Positions 58,016-64,000 of a DNA stretch of 64,000 nucleotides are shown in pieces. Every line of letters begins with the position of its first letter. Position 1 is the first letter of the stretch. The stretch comes from Synechococcus sp. (GTDB lineage Bacteria; Cyanobacteriota; Cyanobacteriia; PCC-6307; Cyanobiaceae): positions 128,001 to 192,000 of the forward strand of contig JBJBEO010000001.1 of the NCBI GenBank assembly GCA_047284725.1, in the 5' to 3' direction. The notes below the pieces were generated by a model. It ran no database searches. It was given only the letters and a program-made list of their open reading frames with translations, and was not told the DNA's origin. A program made the position numbers and the translations under genes.

Positions 58016-59266
58016 GTGACCAGCACCCTGCCTTCCCAGCCCACCGATGCAGATCTGGCCGTCAGCGCCAGGCCCACCGATCGCGGTCGCTTCGGCCGGT
58101 ATGGCGGTCAGTACGTGCCGGAAACACTGATGCCAGCTCTGGCCGAACTGGAAACCGCCGCCGCCGAGGCCTGGAATGATCCGGCCTTCACCGATGAATT
58201 GGATCGGTTGCTGCGTGATTACGTCGGCCGTGCCACGCCGTTGTACGAGGCTGAACGTCTGACGGCCCACTACCGCCGTGCCGATGGCGGTCCCCGCATC
58301 TGGCTCAAACGGGAAGACCTCAATCACACCGGTGCCCACAAGATCAACAACGCCCTGGGCCAGGCTCTGCTCGCCTTGCGTATGGGTAAGAAGCGTGTGA
58401 TCGCGGAGACCGGTGCCGGCCAGCATGGGGTGGCAACGGCGACGGTGTGTGCCCGTTTCGGCCTCGAGTGCGTGGTGTACATGGGCGCTGAAGACATGCG
58501 CCGTCAGGCCCTGAATGTGTTCCGGATGCGTTTGCTGGGGGCCACCGTTCAACCCGTCACCGCAGGCACCGCAACACTCAAGGACGCCACCAGCGAAGCC
58601 ATTCGTGACTGGGTCACCAATGTGGAGACCACGCACTACATCCTCGGCTCCGTTGCGGGTCCGCACCCTTACCCAATGTTGGTGCGTGATTTTCACGCTG
58701 TGATTGGTCAGGAGGCCAAGCGTCAGTGTCAGGAAGCCTTTGGTCGTCTACCTGACGTGCTGGTGGCCTGCGTGGGTGGTGGGTCCAATGCCATGGGTCT
58801 GTTCCACCCCTTTGTGCAAGACAAGAGCGTGCGTCTGATCGGAGTGGAGGCTGCCGGTGATGGTGTCGCCACAGGACGACACGCCGCCACGATCACCGAA
58901 GGGCGTGTGGGTGTCCTGCACGGTGCCATGAGTCTTTTGTTGCAGGACGGCGACGGGCAGGTTCAGGAAGCGCACTCGATCAGTGCTGGTCTGGATTACC
59001 CCGGCGTCGGCCCTGAGCACAGCTACCTTCGCGAGATCGGCCGTGCCGAATACGGGGCTGTCACCGACGCTGAGGCGCTCACAGCGCTGCAGTTGGTCAG
59101 TCAGCTGGAGGGCATCATTCCTGCGCTGGAAACCGCCCATGCCTTCGCTTGGCTGGAGACGCTCTGTCCGACCCTGCCGGACGGTACGGAAGTGGTGCTC
59201 AATTGCAGTGGCCGCGGCGACAAGGATGTGAACACCGTGGCGGAGAAGCTGGGTCATCAGCTTTGA
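58016..59266 (+). CDS. trpB: tryptophan synthase beta chain
   Basis: [43 protein letters not shown]. Confidence 0.98.
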   Translation: MTSTLPSQPTDADLAVSARPTDRGRFGRYGGQYVPETLMPALAELETAAAEAWNDPAFTDELDRLLRDYVGRATPLYEAERLTAHYRRADGGPRIWLKREDLNHTGAHKINNALGQALLALRMGKKRVIAETGAGQHGVATATVCARFGLECVVYMGAEDMRRQALNVFRMRLLGATVQPVTAGTATLKDATSEAIRDWVTNVETTHYILGSVAGPHPYPMLVRDFHAVIGQEAKRQCQEAFGRLPDVLVACVGGGSNAMGLFHPFVQDKSVRLIGVEAAGDGVATGRHAATITEGRVGVLHGAMSLLLQDGDGQVQEAHSISAGLDYPGVGPEHSYLREIGRAEYGAVTDAEALTALQLVSQLEGIIPALETAHAFAWLETLCPTLPDGTEVVLNCSGRGDKDVNTVAEKLGHQL

Positions 59267-59311
59267 AGGCGCTGGCTTCGCCAGGGTCAGAGGTGACGGC
59301 AGCGCTCTGAT

Positions 59312-60328
59312 TCAGTTCAGGAGGCAATCGAGATGGTGGGCGGCGTTGCGCACGGCAGCAAGCGCCGTCGCGTAGGCCATCCGCATAGGCCCCACCAGCG
59401 CCACCTGGCCCACACCGTCAGCACCGCTGCGATAGGTCGCCCGCACCACGGAGCAGTGATGCAGTGCATGCTCAGGATGTTCATGGCCGATCCACACCCC
59501 GCCGCCGGGTTCTGGCCCAAGGGGCGTGAGTGCGGCTGGACTCTGATCGATCAACTCCAGCAGAGGCTGCAGCCTTGCGCTCCGACTGAATTCCGGCTCC
59601 GCCACCAGTCTTGAGACGCCATGACACAGGGCTGTGGCTTCACGGGTGGCGGTGAGTTGTTGATGGCTTTCGAGGCCATCCCGCAAGATCTGGCCACAGG
59701 CCTGCAGTTCCCGGGGCAGTTGGGACCATTGAAGGCGTCCGTTCTCGTTCTGGTTGAGCTGTCGCCGCGTCCAGGCTTCCATCGCTTCGATCTGGCGATC
59801 GTTGCCATGGGGGAGGCGCAGGTTCAGATGACTGGCTTGGCTGGAGTCCTGCACCAACATCACCAACAACCGATCGTCGCTGCGCACGAGGCGAATGGTT
59901 TCCAGGCTTTGGTGCACCCGTCGTGGATGGGTGATCAGGCTCATCAGTCCTGTGAAGTCCGTCAGTCGACGGGCCATCTGCTGCAGAAAGTCGTCGAGGG
60001 CAGCCCAGCGCAGGCTGAGGTGGGTGAGTTCCTGTTTCAGATGCCGGGCACTGGCGCCTGGCCTGGGCAGCAGGCGGTCTACGTAGTGGCGGTAACCCAG
60101 GGCACTGGGGATGCGGCCCGCAGAGGTGTGCGGCTGGGTGAGCAGTCCATGCTGTTCGAGGGCTCCCATCGCAGAGCGCACCGTTGCTGCACTGGTCTTC
60201 AGTCCGAAGCGCTGCACAAGGGTGCGACTCCCAACCGGCTCGATCGTGTCGAGGTAGTGATGCACCGTGGCGCGAAGCACCTCCTGTTGTCGGCTGGACA
60301 GGGGCTCCACACGATCCGGATCAGCCAC
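59312..60328 (-). CDS. hrcA: heat-inducible transcription repressor HrcA
   Basis: EPVGS, SAATVRS, QPHTSAGRIPS..GYRHYVD, GPMRMAY. Confidence 0.95.
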   Translation of the reverse strand: MADPDRVEPLSSRQQEVLRATVHHYLDTIEPVGSRTLVQRFGLKTSAATVRSAMGALEQHGLLTQPHTSAGRIPSALGYRHYVDRLLPRPGASARHLKQELTHLSLRWAALDDFLQQMARRLTDFTGLMSLITHPRRVHQSLETIRLVRSDDRLLVMLVQDSSQASHLNLRLPHGNDRQIEAMEAWTRRQLNQNENGRLQWSQLPRELQACGQILRDGLESHQQLTATREATALCHGVSRLVAEPEFSRSARLQPLLELIDQSPAALTPLGPEPGGGVWIGHEHPEHALHHCSVVRATYRSGADGVGQVALVGPMRMAYATALAAVRNAAHHLDCLLN

Positions 60329-60400
60329 ATGAATCCTACGGCGATTCCTGTGTCAGCGAGCGCGGTCTGTTTGGCTGACGTCTAAGGCATGGGCATCGAT

Positions 60401-60763
60401 TCAGTAGCGCGGCACGCCGGGGTCGACCTGGACGCTCCAGGCATCGATGCCGCCCTCCAGATTCCACACCGTCAGCGCGGGTTGCTGGGCCAGCAGCCAG
60501 CAGCCGAATTGCCAGCTGCGCACACCGGCATGACAGAGCACCACCACATCCCGTTCGACCTGGAAACAGCCCTCAAGGGTGTTCATCCACTGCTCAGCGC
60601 CACTGAGGGGCAGATGCAGGACGTCGTTGGGGAAGGGAGCCAGGGTCAGTTCCTGCTGTTCCCGCACATCCACCAGCAGGGGAGGGTTGTCGGTCTCCAG
60701 AAGGTGCTGAAGATCCTTGGCAGAGAGGGGCCTCGGTTGGGCGCCGGCGTCAGAGTTGGGCAT
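60401..60763 (-). CDS. rhodanese-like domain protein
   Basis: LVDVRE, LCHAGVRS, NLEGGIDAWS..VDPGVPRY. Confidence 0.92.
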   Translation of the reverse strand: MPNSDAGAQPRPLSAKDLQHLLETDNPPLLVDVREQQELTLAPFPNDVLHLPLSGAEQWMNTLEGCFQVERDVVVLCHAGVRSWQFGCWLLAQQPALTVWNLEGGIDAWSVQVDPGVPRY

Positions 60764-60838
60764 CGATTCATTCTGAAGCCCGCTGGCATTGGCGCCGGGA
60801 TGGACAAAGATGTGGCCCAGTGACCTGGTTGCCGGCCC

Positions 60839-62482
60839 ATGAAGGCCCGCTCCTTTCTTCTTGCCCTTGCCGCAGCGGTGGTGCTGTTGCTCACCACCGC
60901 CGCTGGTGTGTGGTGGGCCATGGACCGTCAGAGTCCGCTGCGGCTTGCAGAGCAGCCCCTCGCGCTGCCGAGGGCTGCGCGTTTCGTGCCGCGGCAATCC
61001 GCCCTCAGCCTGCATTGGTTGATGGACCCGGCTCGTCTGCCGGCCTATGCCCAGGCGGTGGCGCCGGCGAAGCAGCGCCGCGCCGCGCGGGAGTCGGTGC
61101 AGCAACTGCGGGACGGGGCCTTTGCGTTGGCCGGTCTTGATTTCACGAACGAACTGGCGGATTGGATCGGCCCTCAGGTGAGTGTGTCGTTGCTGGAGCC
61201 CACCACTGTTGATGGGCGCCTGGGTTGGGTGCTGGCCCTGTCCAGTCGCGACCAGGACGGTGCCAAGCGCTTTCTCCAGCGTTTCTGGCAGACCCGCAGC
61301 CTGGCGGGGACAGACCTGCAGATCAGTCGCTATCGCGGTATCGGTGTGATCAGCGGCCGGGGAGCCTTGCTTGGCCGTGAGCCTCAGCCGCTGGCGACGG
61401 CACTGATCGATGACGACCTGCTGCTGCTGGCCTCCGGCCGGGGGGTGCTGGAGCAGGCCCTGGACGTCTCGCAGATCGAGGCGATGCATCAGTTGGGCGA
61501 TGAGGATCTCAACAGCCGTTTGCGCAGACTCGATTCGGGAGCGGCTCTGGTGACCGCCTCGCCTCGGGCCCTGCAGACCTGGCTGGGTGTGCCGGCAGAG
61601 CTGGCGAACCATCCAGATCTTGATGGGTTGGTCGCCGCCGTCGGGTTGCAGGGCTCCGACCTGGTGCTCGATGGCATGCTGCGCTTCCGATCGCCTGTGG
61701 TGGCATCAGGCTCAGCCCGCCGTGACAGTTCCGCGGATGAGGCTCTGCTGGCATCGGCTGGGGGATCGGCCGATGTGCTGGCTGTGCTGGACAACCCTGC
61801 GGCATTGCTGGATCCCGGCAGTGAGGATCCCCAGGCCGAGTGGTTGGGACCTCTGCTCACCCGGCAGATGACGGCCCTGGCATCGCCAGCCCTGGAGGCG
61901 ATCAGCACCGCCAATCACGGTCCGATGCTTTGGGAACGCCAATCTGATGGGTGGCTCCTGGGAACCCGCGCTGGTCAGCCGGGCTCCGAGGCGGTTGATG
62001 CGGTGCTCCAGGAGCGTGGCCTGGCCTCGTCGTCGCTGGAGACCGATCGCGGTCCGCTGACCGTCTGGACGCGCTTGCGGCGCAAGCGCAGCCGTGGACA
62101 GGAGTCCCTGCAGGCCGAACTGGCGGTGGCCCTGGCCAGGGAGGCAGGCCAGGAATGGTGGGGATCCAGCTTGAATGCCTTGCAGCAACGTCGCGATGAG
62201 CGAGCCCTTCAGCCCCGCCTTGAGCAGTTGAAAGCCCTGGCCGATCGTGATGCCCGTCTGCCCCAGCAGTTGGCTCTGGCGGCGGATGTCAGCCGAGAGC
62301 GGTTGGGGGGATGGCGTCCCTGGACCCTCGTTCAGACCGTCGCTGGCCGTTCGTTGCGCGAGCCGGTCAAGGGACTGGCGCTGGCGATGGGGCCGGAGGT
62401 GAGCACTGACAGCAGGCCCAGTGGTGATCAGGCTGCTCGTAGTGACACGTTGCGCCTGCGTGGCTTGCTCCAGTTCGGTTGA
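60839..62482 (+). CDS. DUF3352 family protein
   Basis: N-terminal anchor, AARFVPRQ, LADWIG; typical position before sixA-gltA. Confidence 0.75.
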   Translation: MKARSFLLALAAAVVLLLTTAAGVWWAMDRQSPLRLAEQPLALPRAARFVPRQSALSLHWLMDPARLPAYAQAVAPAKQRRAARESVQQLRDGAFALAGLDFTNELADWIGPQVSVSLLEPTTVDGRLGWVLALSSRDQDGAKRFLQRFWQTRSLAGTDLQISRYRGIGVISGRGALLGREPQPLATALIDDDLLLLASGRGVLEQALDVSQIEAMHQLGDEDLNSRLRRLDSGAALVTASPRALQTWLGVPAELANHPDLDGLVAAVGLQGSDLVLDGMLRFRSPVVASGSARRDSSADEALLASAGGSADVLAVLDNPAALLDPGSEDPQAEWLGPLLTRQMTALASPALEAISTANHGPMLWERQSDGWLLGTRAGQPGSEAVDAVLQERGLASSSLETDRGPLTVWTRLRRKRSRGQESLQAELAVALAREAGQEWWGSSLNALQQRRDERALQPRLEQLKALADRDARLPQQLALAADVSRERLGGWRPWTLVQTVAGRSLREPVKGLALAMGPEVSTDSRPSGDQAARSDTLRLRGLLQFG

Positions 62483-62960
62483 TCTCTTTCTGCTTCGCCA
62501 TGGCATTGCCGAGCCCCGGCGCGAGGGGCTCGATCACCCCTCCCGGGCGCTGACCAGCCAGGGGAAGACGCGGACCCAGGCGATGTTGGCGTGGCTTGCA
62601 GCCTCAGGCCTGGAGGTCGACCGCTTGATCTCCAGCCCCTACACCCGTGCTTTGCAGACCGCTTGGCTGGTGCACCAGGCGAGACTCTCCCCAGCTCCTG
62701 AGCTCTCGCCTCATCTGGCTCCGCGAGGCGACCTGCAGCGTCTGCTGCCGCAGTTGCAGGGGCGATGTCTGCTGGTGGGGCATGAGCCTGAACTCAGTGC
62801 CTGGGCGTCATTGCTGATCGGGGCATCCCCGGGAGGACTGCGCCTTCGCAAGGCCGGGTGCTGCCACCTGCGCCTGTCCCGTACCGGTGCTGGAGGCTCC
62901 GTGGAGGCCCAATTGGAGTGGCTGCTGCGGCCGGGGCTGCTCCGGCGCAGCGCCGATTAG
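62460..62960 (+). CDS. sixA: phosphohistidine phosphatase SixA
   Basis: LLRHGIAE, SSPYTRALQTA, LVGHEP; start codon uncertain. Confidence 0.88.
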   Translation: MACSSSVDLFLLRHGIAEPRREGLDHPSRALTSQGKTRTQAMLAWLAASGLEVDRLISSPYTRALQTAWLVHQARLSPAPELSPHLAPRGDLQRLLPQLQGRCLLVGHEPELSAWASLLIGASPGGLRLRKAGCCHLRLSRTGAGGSVEAQLEWLLRPGLLRRSAD

Positions 62961-62992
62961 GTTGCCTTGAAGATGTGGAAGGGAGCATTCAG

Positions 62993-64000
62993 GTGTCAGG
63001 TGAGGAGATTCGCCACGAGCGGACGGGGCTTGTCTTTCGTCCGGGCCTGGATGGAGTCCCTGCCACCCAGTCATCGATCTGTGATATCGATGGCCAACAG
63101 GGGCTGTTGTCGTATCGCGGCTATCCGCTGGAGGAGCTCGCCGCTGAAAGCACGTTTCTGGAAACGGCGTATCTGCTGATCTGGGGCGAGTTGCCGACGG
63201 CCGATCAGCTCAGGGCGTTCGAACACGAGGTGCAGATGCACCGGAGGGTGAGCTTCCGGGTGCGGGACATGATGAAGTGCTTTCCGGCAACGGGCCATCC
63301 GATGGATGCCCTGCAGTCGAGTGCTGCATCCCTGGGCCTTTTTTATTCCCGCCGGGCGATTGACGATCCCAAATACATCTACGCCGCTGTGGTGCGGCTG
63401 ATCGCCAAGATCCCGACCATGGTGGCGGCCTTTCAGCTGATTCGCAAAGGTCAGGATCCGATCCAGCCCCGCGACGATCTCGCCTACTCGGCCAACTTCC
63501 TCTACATGCTCACGGAGCGGGAGCCGGATCCCTTTGCCGCCCGTATCTTCGATCGCTGCCTGATGCTCCACGCCGAGCACAGTCTCAACGCCAGCACCTT
63601 CAGTGCCCGTGTGACGGCCAGCACTCTCACCGACCCCTATGCCGTGGTGGCCTCCGCTGTGGGCACCCTGGCAGGGCCCCTGCATGGTGGTGCCAATGAG
63701 GATGTGTTGGCCATGCTCGAGGAGATCGGTACCCCTGACCAGGCGGCTGCCTATCTGGATGAGGCTGTCGCCAACAAGCGCAAGGTGATGGGATTCGGCC
63801 ATCGTGAGTACCGGGTCAAGGATCCCCGCGCGGTGATCCTCCAGGCTCTGGCTGAGGAAATGTTTGACCGCTTTGGCCACGACGAGCTTTACGACGTCGC
63901 CCGCGCCCTTGAGGCCGCGGCGGAGACGCGTCTGGGCCCCAAGGGCATCTATCCCAACGTCGATTTCTATTCCGGCCTGGTGTACCGCAAGCTCGGCATC
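62993..64000 (+). CDS. gltA: citrate synthase (3' end beyond the window)
   Basis: own translation from GTG 62993: RPGLDGV, LSYRGY, GHPMDALQ, HAEHSLNAST, GPLHGGANE, MGFGHREY, YPNVDFYSG. Confidence 0.96.
   Translation, partial: MSGEEIRHERTGLVFRPGLDGVPATQSSICDIDGQQGLLSYRGYPLEELAAESTFLETAYLLIWGELPTADQLRAFEHEVQMHRRVSFRVRDMMKCFPATGHPMDALQSSAASLGLFYSRRAIDDPKYIYAAVVRLIAKIPTMVAAFQLIRKGQDPIQPRDDLAYSANFLYMLTEREPDPFAARIFDRCLMLHAEHSLNASTFSARVTASTLTDPYAVVASAVGTLAGPLHGGANEDVLAMLEEIGTPDQAAAYLDEAVANKRKVMGFGHREYRVKDPRAVILQALAEEMFDRFGHDELYDVARALEAAAETRLGPKGIYPNVDFYSGLVYRKLGI

Noticed and set aside
60352..60379. GTCAGC-N16-GCTGAC inverted repeat upstream of hrcA as a CIRCE element
   Set aside because: Poor match to TTAGCACTC-N9-GAGTGCTAA in both sequence and spacing
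319..63880. Many long antisense or alternate-frame ORFs (e.g. 319-1884, 25127-26443, 26784-28037, 38321-39589, 46294-47481 portion, 53030-54271, 63071-63880)
   Set aside because: They overlap well-supported genes, lack motifs, and are the shadow ORFs expected from high-GC codon bias
1..64000. HIP1 (GCGATCGC) enrichment, CRISPR arrays, tRNA/rRNA genes
   Set aside because: Only a few scattered GCGATCGC copies, as expected at this GC content; no repeat-spacer array or structural RNA recognised by eye

Overview
This window reads as the chromosome of a high-GC picocyanobacterium (Synechococcus/Cyanobium-like, inferred from chlM, ndhH, the men cluster and gene order). Core genes run mnmE-nadC-argS, then hisC-like aminotransferase-trpG-dgkA-ybeY-prfB (with its programmed +1 frameshift)-grxC-gshB-menF/A/C/E, ndhH-rsmH-cysteine desulfurase, and chlM-nagA-purE-cysC-trpB-hrcA-sixA-gltA (partial). 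A ~21 kb mosaic accessory island with no visible integrase (~7019-27952) lies between argS and the hisC-like gene. The same 10-mer (GATGTGATGA) flanks both ends, and a 15-bp inverted repeat sits at the left edge. The island's AT-rich core is the best candidate for an undescribed system. It is a tight operon of two paralogous uncharacterised 'HFAR-motif' proteins, a long DyP-type peroxidase, an atypical cytochrome P450 lacking the I-helix acid-Thr pair, and a degenerate-GGDEF/EAL phosphodiesterase. A divergent MpaB/Lcp-like oxygenase, a second GGDEF-EAL protein, an ankyrin protein, MscS, a patatin lipase, SelO and a PGM1-like ATP-grasp ligase lie nearby. A smaller insertion carries a Tat-signal amidase. 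I saw no rRNA, tRNA, CRISPR array or transposase. Family calls come from motif recognition by eye, GC contrasts were judged by eye, and start codons are best estimates.
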